Notes under the pieces: generated by a model
Databases searched by the model: none
What the model was told of the DNA's origin: nothing
Seen by the model: only the letters and a program-made list of their open reading frames with translations
Part shown: positions 8,602-17,176 of the stretch, piece after piece
How positions within the stretch are numbered: the first letter of the stretch is position 1
Layout: each line of letters starts with the position of its first letter
Assembly: GCA_016868955.1 (NCBI GenBank)
Contig: VGFF01000002.1
Coordinates: forward strand, 1-36,690
Direction: 5' to 3'
From: Armatimonadota bacterium
Lineage (GTDB): Bacteria; Sysuimicrobiota; Sysuimicrobiia; Sysuimicrobiales; VGFF01
Length of the DNA stretch: 36,690 bases
Position numbers and translations under genes: made by a program

Positions 8602-9522
8602 TCAAGCCCGACCGCCGGCGATCGCTTCCAGCGCCGGCAGGAAGTCCGTCAACGTCCGCACGCGTGCCGCGACCTCGTCGCGACGGGCGCCGACACACAG
8701 CAACGGCACGGGATTCCGCGTGTGGGTCGCGGATTCGCCGTCCTCCAGGTTGCCGTGGTCGCTCGTCAGGAGCAGCAGCGACCGTTCGAGGTCGAGCGCC
8801 GCGACTGCGGCCCCGAGCGCGCGATCGAGCTGCTCGACGACGGCGACGGGATCGAGCGACCAGCGGCCGTGGCCGGCCATGTCGGACAAGAAGAATTCGA
8901 AGACGGTGACGTCGTGCCGTTCCGTGAGGCGCGCCAATGCCTCACCGGCCGCCTCCGGCGTGACGAGCGGCACGTCGTGGCCGCGCGCCCGTGCCCGCGC
9001 GTTCGTCAGATCCTGATACGCGGCTTCGCCACGACGCAGCGCGTCGAGATCGCGCAACGGGATGTCGGCGGCCAATGCCGCGAACGTGAATGCGGCGTGG
9101 CGCAGGCGCCGGGCCTCGATCGCGGTGAAGTAGTCGGGGCTGAACTCGTTCGCGAACGTGACCTGAAGTCCCCGATCGCGCAGCCGCCGGAACAGACCTT
9201 GCTCGCGCAGCAGCGCGCGCTGCTTCACCGTCGGATACGCCGTGACGTGCCGCCCTTCCAACGCCGCGGCGTTGTGCCCCGTCAGCAGCGACGTCTGGCC
9301 GCTCGCGCTTTGCGGCAGGCCGGGAACGCCGAGCGTCGCGTCGACCGGCACGGCCGTGCAGCGCGCGCTGCGGAGCAGAAGTCGCTCGGCGACGAGCGCC
9401 CCGCCGAGCAACGCGTCGAGCGCCGGCGTCTTCGCGGTGACGAACGGATTCGTGACGCTCGCTGATCCGAGCCCCACGCCGTCGACGAACCAGAACAGAA
9501 CGTGCGGCCGGTCGGCGCTCAT
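8602..9522 (-). CDS. Alkaline-phosphatase-superfamily metalloenzyme (phosphopentomutase/iPGM-like core)
   Basis: Metal and nucleophile motifs FVDGVGLG, PQSASGQT, SDMAGH, TSDHGN, HTRNPVP. ATG at 9522 overlaps the mpg stop (ATGA). Confidence 0.82.
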   Translation of the reverse strand: MSADRPHVLFWFVDGVGLGSASVTNPFVTAKTPALDALLGGALVAERLLLRSARCTAVPVDATLGVPGLPQSASGQTSLLTGHNAAALEGRHVTAYPTVKQRALLREQGLFRRLRDRGLQVTFANEFSPDYFTAIEARRLRHAAFTFAALAADIPLRDLDALRRGEAAYQDLTNARARARGHDVPLVTPEAAGEALARLTERHDVTVFEFFLSDMAGHGRWSLDPVAVVEQLDRALGAAVAALDLERSLLLLTSDHGNLEDGESATHTRNPVPLLCVGARRDEVAARVRTLTDFLPALEAIAGGRA

Positions 9523-10094
9523 GGCCGGCGCGACAGCGACGGGCTGTCGGAATCGAGGAAGCGGCAGGGAGCCTCGGCGGCGTGGCGGATGCCGATCCGC
9601 CGCGCCGCCGAGGCTCCCTGCCGGCCGGCGGCGATGAACAGGTCGCCGGCGCGTGCCAGGTCCCATCCGCTGCACGAAAGATCGATCCCGAACGCCCGCG
9701 TGAGGCGGCCTGGGCCCGCCGCCAGGCGGATCGCGGCGACGGCTGGAGATTGGCGCCACGCGCGCATCTGCGCATTTCCCGATTCGGGCTCGACCGCGCG
9801 AACAAGGACGGCGCCGGCGACCCCTTCGCGCTCGGCCATGACGTTGAGGCAGAAGTGCACACCGCAGGAAAGATACACATAGGCCGTCTCGGGCACGCCC
9901 CACATGATCTCGCTGCGCGCCGCGCGCGTCCGGGCGTGGCTCGCGGGGTCTCCGGTGCCGAGGTACGCCTCTGTCTCGACGATCCGGCCAACGAGCGTTC
10001 CGCCCGGTGCACGCCGGACGAGCCGCGCGCCGACCAGTGCGCGCGCGACCTCGAGGGTGGAGCGCGCCAAGAACGCGCGCGGCAGCGGCTTCAT
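9519..10094 (-). CDS. mpg: 3-methyladenine DNA glycosylase (AAG/MPG family), possibly degenerate
   Basis: VAR.LVG, GRIVETEAYLG..DPASH, AYVY...G.H.CLNV, AVLVRAVEP, GPGRL, RIGI. Confidence 0.9.
   Translation of the reverse strand: MKPLPRAFLARSTLEVARALVGARLVRRAPGGTLVGRIVETEAYLGTGDPASHARTRAARSEIMWGVPETAYVYLSCGVHFCLNVMAEREGVAGAVLVRAVEPESGNAQMRAWRQSPAVAAIRLAAGPGRLTRAFGIDLSCSGWDLARAGDLFIAAGRQGASAARRIGIRHAAEAPCRFLDSDSPSLSRRP
9562..9623. repeat. 62-bp near-perfect inverted repeat inside mpg
   Basis: Arms 9562-9590 and 9595-9623 are reverse complements at 28 of 29 positions, with a 4-nt loop (GCCG). Confidence 0.95.
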
Positions 10095-11815
10095 CCGCCG
10101 CGCTTGCGGCGCAGCGCCGCTCGCAGCTTCACCAGCGGCAGCGCGTTGACGACGTTCTCGGCGGTGAGCCAGGCGCGGCGCGCCGTGCCGATGCCGTAGT
10201 TCAGCGCCAGCCCCTCCGCCGCGTGCGCGTCGCTGCCGATTTCGATTTGCACGCCGTTGGCGCGGGCGCGTCGCAGGTGATCGTCCTTCAGGTCCAAGCG
10301 CTCAGGCGCGGCATTGAGCTCGAGGATCGTTCCAGTCGCCGCCGCCTCGCGGATGACGGCGTCGATGTCGAGCGCGTAGGGATCGCGTTGCCCGATCAAC
10401 CGGCCCGTCGGGTGGCCGAGGATCGTGACGTAGGGATTGCGCATGGCGCGCACGACGCGCGCGGTCATCTCCGATTCGGTCATCCGAAACCGCGAGTGCA
10501 CGCTCGCGATCGCGAGATCCAACGCGGCGAGCAAGTCGTCATCGTAGTCGAGCGATCCGTCGGCGAGGATGTCGACCTCGGCACCGATGAGCACTTCGAT
10601 GCCGAGCTTCTTATTCGACAGCGCGCGCACCTCGGCGATGTGGGCCCGCAAATCCTCGGGAGGAACACCGCCCGCGAACTTCAAGGACTGCGAATGATCG
10701 GTGATGCATACGTATTCGTAGCCCAACGCCTTCGCGGCGCGCGCCATCTCGGCGGCGCTGCCGCTGCCATCGCTCCACTTCGTGTGCATGTGGAGGTCGC
10801 CGCGGATGTCGCCGGCCTCGACGAGGCGCGGCAGCGCCCCGGCGACGGCCGCTTCGACCTCACCGAGGTCCTCGCGCATCTCCGGCGGAATCCACGGCAT
10901 CCCGAGCGCGTCGTAGATCTCCTCTTCCGTCGCCGCGGCGATGCGCTGCTCGCCATCGGCTCGAAACAATCCGTATTCGTTGAGGCGCAAGCCGGCGCGG
11001 ACCGCGCGCTCGCGCACCTTCGCGTTGTGCTCCTTCGAGCCGGTGAAGTACTGCAGCGCGGCGCCAAACGCCTCCGGCGGGACGACGCGCAGATCGGCCT
11101 GCACGCCCGTGCGCAACGTGACGCTGCTCTTCGACGGCCCGTGCGCGAGCACGTCGAGGACCCAGGGCGATCGAACGAACGCGTCCATGACCGGATCGGG
11201 ATCATCGCTCGTGACCAGCACGTCGAGGTCGCCGATCCTGTCGCGCATGCGGCGCAGGCTGCCTGCGACGCTGATCTGTCGAACCTGCGGCAGCGCGCGC
11301 AACGCCGCCACGAGATCGTCGGCCATCGGCCGGGCGATGCCGATCGGCGTCCGCGCCGATTGCCGTCGCGCCTGCTCGATGCCGCGCAGGACGTTCTCTT
11401 CGCTCTTCTTGCCCATGCGCGGCAAGGTGCGCAGGCGGCCGGCGCGCGCGGCCGCTTCCAACTCGTCCAGCGTCGAGATCCCCAGTGACGCGTGAATCAA
11501 GCGCGCCGTCTTGGGACCGACGCCGGAGAGGCGGGCGAGCGTGATCAAACCCACCGGCAGCTCGGCGAGCAGCTTTTCGTGGAAGTCGACCTTGTCGGAG
11601 TCCAGGAACTCGAAGATCTTCTCGGCCAAGCTCTTGCCGATGCCCGGGATCTCCTCCAACGCCCCGCGATCCGCGATCGCCTGCACGTCCTCGGTCAGCG
11701 ATCCGATCGCACGGGCGACGCGCCGATACGCGTTGACGCGGAAGCCCGATTCTTCCTTCAGCTCGAGGAGGTCGGCGATCTCGTTGAAGATCGTTTCCAG
11801 CGCCTGGTTGTTCAT
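10091..11815 (-). CDS. polX: DNA polymerase X with C-terminal PHP domain
   Basis: HhH motifs (IPGIGKS, LSGVGPK), AGSLRR...GDLD, QADLR, YFTGSKEHN, LNEYG; PHP domain DLHMHT.WSDG, TDHS, GHPTGR, SDAH. Confidence 0.96.
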   Translation of the reverse strand: MNNQALETIFNEIADLLELKEESGFRVNAYRRVARAIGSLTEDVQAIADRGALEEIPGIGKSLAEKIFEFLDSDKVDFHEKLLAELPVGLITLARLSGVGPKTARLIHASLGISTLDELEAAARAGRLRTLPRMGKKSEENVLRGIEQARRQSARTPIGIARPMADDLVAALRALPQVRQISVAGSLRRMRDRIGDLDVLVTSDDPDPVMDAFVRSPWVLDVLAHGPSKSSVTLRTGVQADLRVVPPEAFGAALQYFTGSKEHNAKVRERAVRAGLRLNEYGLFRADGEQRIAAATEEEIYDALGMPWIPPEMREDLGEVEAAVAGALPRLVEAGDIRGDLHMHTKWSDGSGSAAEMARAAKALGYEYVCITDHSQSLKFAGGVPPEDLRAHIAEVRALSNKKLGIEVLIGAEVDILADGSLDYDDDLLAALDLAIASVHSRFRMTESEMTARVVRAMRNPYVTILGHPTGRLIGQRDPYALDIDAVIREAAATGTILELNAAPERLDLKDDHLRRARANGVQIEIGSDAHAAEGLALNYGIGTARRAWLTAENVVNALPLVKLRAALRRKRGG

Positions 11816-11873
11816 CGCCGGCCGCGCGACGCGATGCGACGCAAGTCGACTCGACCGCCCGCGCCGCGGGCGG

Positions 11874-12392
11874 CTAGAAAACGTCCTTGCCAGTGCCGAG
11901 GCGCGGCAGGGGGAGTGGGATGAGCGGGTAGACGAGTTCGTAGAAGTTCGTCTGCCATCTCGCGACGTGCTTCGCGATCCGAGACTGCCGCACGTCGCGG
12001 ACGATCGGGGACCGCGCCGGCAACGGCACGGACAACAAAACGGCGACCATCATCATCGCGATCAGCACGCCCTTGACGCCGCCGAACAGCGCGCCGACCG
12101 CGATCGACGACCCGCGCGCCGGCTTGCGTCCGGCGATCCAGGCCGTCAGGATGTTCCCGACGACGATCAACGAGAAGAAGGCGAAGACGAACGTGAATGC
12201 CGCTCCCCAATCGGGCCACGGGAACGCCGCCGGCAGCGCCGTCCGCGAGATCGGCTGGTAGAGCAGCGACGCGGCGAGGAAAGCCGCGCACAGGAAAAAG
12301 ATCTCGAAGAACGTTCGAACGTGCCCTCGCACCAGCCCCGAGAACACCATCAACAAAAAGAGACCGATGACGAGAAAATCGATCCAGGCCAA
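11874..12392 (-). CDS. cvpA: CvpA-family (colicin V production) membrane protein
   Basis: WID...G..RG N-terminus, four hydrophobic segments and GALFGGVKG; usual position between pheT and polX; TTG start after GGGAGG. Confidence 0.72.
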   Translation of the reverse strand: MAWIDFLVIGLFLLMVFSGLVRGHVRTFFEIFFLCAAFLAASLLYQPISRTALPAAFPWPDWGAAFTFVFAFFSLIVVGNILTAWIAGRKPARGSSIAVGALFGGVKGVLIAMMMVAVLLSVPLPARSPIVRDVRQSRIAKHVARWQTNFYELVYPLIPLPLPRLGTGKDVF

Positions 12393-12415
12393 CGGGAACC
12401 TCCCGCGTAGCGCCG

Positions 12416-14488
12416 CTACGCGCCGCGAATTTGCGCGCCAAGCCGCGTCCTCAGCGCGTCTCGGACCCTCTCCAGCGTCGATTCTACTTCCGCGGCTTCG
12501 AGCGTCCGATCGGGATCGCGGAAGCGCATCGCCACGGCCACGCTCTTGGCACCGTCGGGGATCGAGGCGCCGACGTAGACGTCGAAAGGTTCCGCGTGCT
12601 CAAGCGTCGCCCCCGCGACCTCGTGGACCACGTTCAACAACGCCGCCGATGTGACTGCTAGGGGAACGATCGCCGACAGATCGCGCTCCACCGCCGGCAG
12701 GCGCGGCATCGGTTCGTAAGCCTGCCAGACCGACGCGCGTGCGACTGCGGCCCCCAGGTCGATCTCGGCCGCGAACGCCCTTCCCCGCAAATCGTACTCC
12801 GCGGAGACGTCCGGATGCACCTCACCCAGCCAACCCGCGTCTCTCCCCTCGATCGAGACGGCCGCGGCCCGGCCTGGGTGTAGAAACGGCAACACCGTGG
12901 GGCTGACGTCCCAGACCTCGACGTGGAGCAGATCGAACAGCGTCTCCAACAGCCCTTTGACGTGGTAAAAGGTCGTCTCGGCGGCGGCCGCGGGAACGTT
13001 CCAGCGCCCCGCCAGGAAGTGCCCGATCGCCCCGATCGCGATGACCTTGCGCTCGGTCCACTGACCGCCGGTTCGCCCGTAGACGCGCCCGATCTCGAAC
13101 GCTGACACGTCCGCGTTGCCGCGCGTTCGGTTGATTCTCAGGACTTCCAACAGCGATGGCAACATCATCGTCCGCAGGTGCGTATGCTCTTCCGTCAACG
13201 GATTCCGCAGCGGAATCGCGGCGCGGCCCGGGTCGCCCTCCGGCAGCCGCAACGCGTCGAAGACGCGCGGGTGAACCAGCGACAACGTAAACACCTCGGT
13301 CAATCCGCAGCGCAGCAACGTGTCGCGGGCCACCACCTCGGCAGCGCGAGACGCGACGACCCGACTGGCCGTCGCCCTACCCGCGGGCATCGTCTCCGGA
13401 ATCCGGTCGTAGCCCCAGAGGCGGGCGACCTCCTCGATGAGGTCTTCTTCGCGCCGCACGTCGCGCCGGTGGGCTGGGACGAGCGCCGTGAGGCGGTCTC
13501 CCTCGAGACGCGTCGCGAAGCCGAGCCGGCCGAGCACCGCGACCGTCTCTTCGACCGGAGGCGCCGCGCCCAGCACGCGCTCGATGCGCGCCAGCCGCAA
13601 CGTCACCGTCCGCTCCGCCTCGGGTTCGGGATAAACGTCAATGATACCGGGCGCGGCCGTCCCCTCGGCCAGCTCGGCGATCAGCGCCGCCGCGCGGTCG
13701 AGCGCGTACGAGACCCGCTCGGGTTCGCCGCCGCGTTCGTGGCGCGCGCTCGCCTCGGTGCGCAGGCCCAGGGAGCGTGCCGTGCGACGCACCTGGCGGC
13801 CGTTGAACCATGCCGACTCCAGGAAAACATGTTTCGTCGCGGCTGTGATCTCGGTCTCGGCTCCGCCCATCACGCCGCCGACCGCGATCGGGCGCGTCCG
13901 ATCGGTGATGATCAGCGCGCCATCGGGCAGTTCGTGCGTCGTCCCGTCCAGCGTCGTCAGCTGCTCTCCGGCGCGCGCCGCGCGCACGACGATCTCGGCG
14001 TTCGGAATCGTGTCGAGGTCGAACGCGTGCAGCGGCTGCCCCGTCTCGAGCATGACGTAGTTCGTGACGTCGACGACGTTGTTGATCGCGCGAACGCCGG
14101 CTTTTTCCAGGCGCTCCTGCATCCAGAACGGCGACGGTCCGATGCGCCTGATATCGATCACGCGGCCGGCGTAGCGAGGACACAACGCCGGGTCGGCGAT
14201 AGTCACGGTCGCACGAGCGGCGGCGGCGATGCCCGCTTCCGGCACGACGGCGGCGGGCAGCCTCAGCGCGCCGCCTGCCGCCGCGGCGACTTCACGGGCG
14301 ACGCCGACGATGCTTTGCCAGTCGGGCCGGTTCGCCGTGATCTCGAGGTCGAAGACGACGTCGGCCCCTTCCCCTTCGACGCCTTCCACGCCGAGCCCGA
14401 GTTGGGGAAAACGTTCGGTCCAGGTCGCAGGATCGAGGTCGTCGACGCCTTCGACGTACGTGCGCAGCCAACTCCAAGGAATCTTCAA
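12416..14488 (-). CDS. pheT: Phenylalanine--tRNA ligase beta subunit (lacks the B2/OB-fold domain)
   Basis: TTG start LKIPWSWLRTYV after GAGGAG; EITANRPD, INNVVDVTNYVM.ETGQPLHAFD, R.D...EEDLIEEVAR..GYD, C-terminal FDX-ACB (RDLS...DVY.G...KSVA...RTL); 690 aa. Confidence 0.95.
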   Translation of the reverse strand: MKIPWSWLRTYVEGVDDLDPATWTERFPQLGLGVEGVEGEGADVVFDLEITANRPDWQSIVGVAREVAAAAGGALRLPAAVVPEAGIAAAARATVTIADPALCPRYAGRVIDIRRIGPSPFWMQERLEKAGVRAINNVVDVTNYVMLETGQPLHAFDLDTIPNAEIVVRAARAGEQLTTLDGTTHELPDGALIITDRTRPIAVGGVMGGAETEITAATKHVFLESAWFNGRQVRRTARSLGLRTEASARHERGGEPERVSYALDRAAALIAELAEGTAAPGIIDVYPEPEAERTVTLRLARIERVLGAAPPVEETVAVLGRLGFATRLEGDRLTALVPAHRRDVRREEDLIEEVARLWGYDRIPETMPAGRATASRVVASRAAEVVARDTLLRCGLTEVFTLSLVHPRVFDALRLPEGDPGRAAIPLRNPLTEEHTHLRTMMLPSLLEVLRINRTRGNADVSAFEIGRVYGRTGGQWTERKVIAIGAIGHFLAGRWNVPAAAAETTFYHVKGLLETLFDLLHVEVWDVSPTVLPFLHPGRAAAVSIEGRDAGWLGEVHPDVSAEYDLRGRAFAAEIDLGAAVARASVWQAYEPMPRLPAVERDLSAIVPLAVTSAALLNVVHEVAGATLEHAEPFDVYVGASIPDGAKSVAVAMRFRDPDRTLEAAEVESTLERVRDALRTRLGAQIRGA

Positions 14489-14526
14489 GGCCGCTCTCCT
14501 CGCTCGATACGATGCCGGGTCAGGCG

Positions 14527-15510
14527 CTAGAACTTCCGCAAGAACCGCACATCGTTGTCCCAGAACAAGCGCAGGTCCGGGATCCGATGGCGGACCATCG
14601 CCGGGCGCTCGACGCCCCAACCGAACGCCAGCGCCGCGTACCGCTCGGGGTCGATCCCGGCCGCCTCCAAGACGTGCGGGTGGAACATGCCGCAGCCGCC
14701 CATCTCCAACCATCGCCCGCGAAACCGCACCGCCGTCTCGGCGCTCGGTTCGGTGAACGGAAAGTAGGAAGGCGTCAACCGCGTCTTCGTCTCCGGCCCG
14801 AAGAGCTGCCGCGCGAACTCCGACAGAATCCCCTTCAGGTCGGAGAATCGGATGTTCTCGTCGACGACGAACCCGTCGACTTGATGGAAGACCGGCATAT
14901 GGGTCGCGTCGATCAAGTCACGCCGATAGCAACGGCCCACGGTCACGACGCGCATCGGCGGACGCCGTTCCATCATGACGTGCGTATCGACGCTCGTCGT
15001 GTGCGTACGCAGCAGGTGCGTGGCGTCGAGGTAGAAGCAATCTTGCGCGTCGCGCGCCGGATGGTCCTCCGCGAAGTTGAGACGCCGGAAGTTGTGGTCT
15101 TCGTCCTCGATCTCCGGGCCCTCGGCGACGTCGAATCCCATGGATCGGAAGATGTCGACGACCTCGACCAGCAGACTGCCGAGCACGTGCGGACGTCCGA
15201 CGTGCGGGCGCCGGCCCGGCAGCGTCACGTCGAGCGCCTCCTCGCGCAGCGCAGCGTCGCGCGCCGCGACGACGACTTCCGCGGCGCGCGATCCGATCAA
15301 CGTCTCCAGGGCCGCCTTCGCGTCATTGAGGGTCTTCCCGGCGGCGGCGCGCTCCTCGGCCGGCAACGCGCCCAGGCCGCGCAACAAGGCGCTGAGATCC
15401 CCGGCGCGCCCGAGGAACCGCCGGCGCGCTTCCTCAAGGGCTTCCGGCGACGCAGCCGCGCGAATCGCCGCCTCGGCTTGCGCGCGCACCGCCGCGATCC
15501 GTTCTTGCAT
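14527..15510 (-). CDS. pheS: Phenylalanine--tRNA ligase alpha subunit
   Basis: DVTLPG, GPEIE...NF..LN...HPARD, LLRTHT, YRRD.DATH.P.FHQ, YFPFTEPSAE, WLE..GCG, AFG.GVER. ATG at 15510 after GAGGAGGAG. Confidence 0.96.
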   Translation of the reverse strand: MQERIAAVRAQAEAAIRAAASPEALEEARRRFLGRAGDLSALLRGLGALPAEERAAAGKTLNDAKAALETLIGSRAAEVVVAARDAALREEALDVTLPGRRPHVGRPHVLGSLLVEVVDIFRSMGFDVAEGPEIEDEDHNFRRLNFAEDHPARDAQDCFYLDATHLLRTHTTSVDTHVMMERRPPMRVVTVGRCYRRDLIDATHMPVFHQVDGFVVDENIRFSDLKGILSEFARQLFGPETKTRLTPSYFPFTEPSAETAVRFRGRWLEMGGCGMFHPHVLEAAGIDPERYAALAFGWGVERPAMVRHRIPDLRLFWDNDVRFLRKF

Positions 15511-15577
15511 GCCACTCTCCTCCTCGGTTCGTCGGCGCAAACACGCGAACGCTTCCTATGGCCCGCGCACACGCCGG

Positions 15578-15840
15578 AAAACAAATACGCCCCCGTCGAC
15601 AAGGACGGAGGCGCGTTCCGTGGTACCACCTTGGTTTCGCGGCGTCAGCGTGACCCCGCCGCGACCCTCTGGATTTCCCGTTCACGGGGGACAGGCGGCG
15701 ACGACTACCGACGCCCGCGGGCGCGTTCACCGTCGCGGCTCGGGAGCGAACTTCAACGGTCAGGCCGCGAACGAGGCTCGCAGTCTCGGCCTCGTCTCCC
15801 TGGCGCCGCGCAACCGTTTACTCTCTCCCTCTTCGCCGTA
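15578..15840 (-). ncRNA. T-box riboswitch (Phe specifier) upstream of pheST
   Basis: Minus strand shows the stem I AGTA motif, CAGGGAG and GACTGCGAG loops, specifier GAAG-TTC (15750-15748), T-box AAGGTGGTACCACGG (15632-15618) and terminator CGCCTCCGTC-loop-GACGGGGGCG-TATTTGTTTT. Confidence 0.95.
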
Positions 15841-15851
15841 TGCACAGGCGG

Positions 15852-15860
15852 AGTATAACA
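15852..15860 (-). promoter_or_regulatory. Extended -10 promoter element for the T-box/pheST transcript
   Basis: TGT-TATACT (TGn-TATAAT-like) just upstream of the T-box 5' end; no clear -35. Confidence 0.6.
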
Positions 15861-15890
15861 GACGCCGGCATCGCCGCCGGTCGCGGACGT

Positions 15891-16670
15891 CTACGGGGCG
15901 CCCGCAGGGCGGTCCAGGCGCCGTGCCTCGTAAAGGACCACCGCGGCCGCCGCGAACACGTTGAGCGACTCGGCGCGACCGAAGACGGGTACGCGGATCC
16001 GGCTTGCGCCCGACCACGCGTGCTTGGGCCCGTGCGCTTCGCTGCCGAAGACGAGAGCGATCGGCGGCGCGTAGTCGACGTCACGATAGTCGGCGGCGCC
16101 GCTGGCGTCCGCCACGTAAACGCGCTCGACGCGCAGGACCTCGGCTTCCGATCCGTCGAGGATCGGCAGGGAGAGGACCGACCCGGCGCTGGCCCGGAGC
16201 GCTTTCGGGTTGTACGGATCGACGGAATCGGCCATCAGGACGACGCCGTCGAACCCGGCCGCGTCCGCCGTGCGAATCAGCGTTCCGAGGTTCCCGGGAT
16301 CGGCGATCCCGTCGCAGACGACGAGCCGGCGCCACGATCGTTCTCGCAGCGGCCGCCGCGACGGCAGCCGCACGACCGCCGCCAGCGGCGGCGGCGACGC
16401 GACGTCACCGATCGCACGCAGCACGCGCCCCGAGACCTCGATCCGGCGCGCCCCTGAACCGACGGCGCGCGCCGCTAGCGCTTCGTCGTCCGCGTCGGCG
16501 GCGGCGGCATGGACGAGGATCTCCTCCACCGGCGCGCCCGCGCGGAGCGCGGCGTCGATCAACCGCGCCGTCGGCAGCACCGCGCGCCCTTGCGCCTGCC
16601 GCTCGGCCGCGCGCGCCAACGTGCACAGCGCCTTGATGTGCGGATGGTGCGGGCTCTCGATCGTCGCCAA
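15891..16670 (-). CDS. TrmH/SpoU-family RNA 2'-O-methyltransferase
   Basis: DPGNLGTLIRTADAAG, DPYNPKALRASAGS, LVFGSEAHG, AESLNV. Likely TTG start at 16670 after AGGAGAGG, because the ATG at 16718 lies inside a terminator hairpin. Confidence 0.9.
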   Translation of the reverse strand: MATIESPHHPHIKALCTLARAAERQAQGRAVLPTARLIDAALRAGAPVEEILVHAAAADADDEALAARAVGSGARRIEVSGRVLRAIGDVASPPPLAAVVRLPSRRPLRERSWRRLVVCDGIADPGNLGTLIRTADAAGFDGVVLMADSVDPYNPKALRASAGSVLSLPILDGSEAEVLRVERVYVADASGAADYRDVDYAPPIALVFGSEAHGPKHAWSGASRIRVPVFGRAESLNVFAAAAVVLYEARRLDRPAGAP

Positions 16671-16696
16671 CGCGACAACCTCTCCTCGAAGTCGGG

Positions 16697-16731
16697 AAAC
16701 GAAACGGCGGTCCGGCATGGCCGGACCGCCG
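16697..16731 (-). terminator. Intrinsic terminator after rplT
   Basis: 12-bp perfect stem CGGCGGTCCGGC/GCCGGACCGCCG, 3-nt loop, followed by TTTCGTTT on the minus strand. Confidence 0.75.
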
Positions 16732-16756
16732 CCTCCACGTTAGCGCTCTGCGCCGT

Positions 16757-17116
16757 CTACGCGGACGGACCGACCTGCGCCCGCCGCACGATCTCGGCGA
16801 ACGCCGCGTCGTCGCGGACCGCGAGGTCGGCCAGGACCTTTCGATTGATCTCCACACCCTGATTGCGCAATCCGTTCATCAACCGACTGTACGACGTCCC
16901 ATGCGATCGCGCCGCCGCGTTGATGCGGACGATCCAAAGGCACCGGAAGTCGCGCTTGCGAATGCGTCGGTCGCGATACGCCTGCGCGAGCGCTCGCATG
17001 ACGTATTGATTCGCGAGCTTGAACCAGCGGCTCTTCTTCCCCCAGTAGCCCTTGGCGAGCTTGAGGATCTTCTTGTGACGCGCACGCGACGTCGTTCCTC
17101 GCTTCACCCTCGGCAT
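16757..17116 (-). CDS. rplT: 50S ribosomal protein L20
   Basis: MPRVKRG...AKGYWG...YRDRR.RKRDFR.LWI.RINAA..SYS..M.GL...[10 protein letters not shown]. Confidence 0.98.
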   Translation of the reverse strand: MPRVKRGTTSRARHKKILKLAKGYWGKKSRWFKLANQYVMRALAQAYRDRRIRKRDFRCLWIVRINAAARSHGTSYSRLMNGLRNQGVEINRKVLADLAVRDDAAFAEIVRRAQVGPSA

Positions 17117-17139
17117 CGTTGATCACCCCTGCTGTTCAC

Positions 17140-17167
17140 CGTGGCTCGCCGTCGGCGGCGAGCCACG
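17140..17167. other. 12-bp perfect hairpin between rpmI and rplT
   Basis: CGTGGCTCGCCG-TCGG-CGGCGAGCCACG, with no U-tract on either strand. Confidence 0.7.
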
Positions 17168-17176
17168 CCGGCCGTT

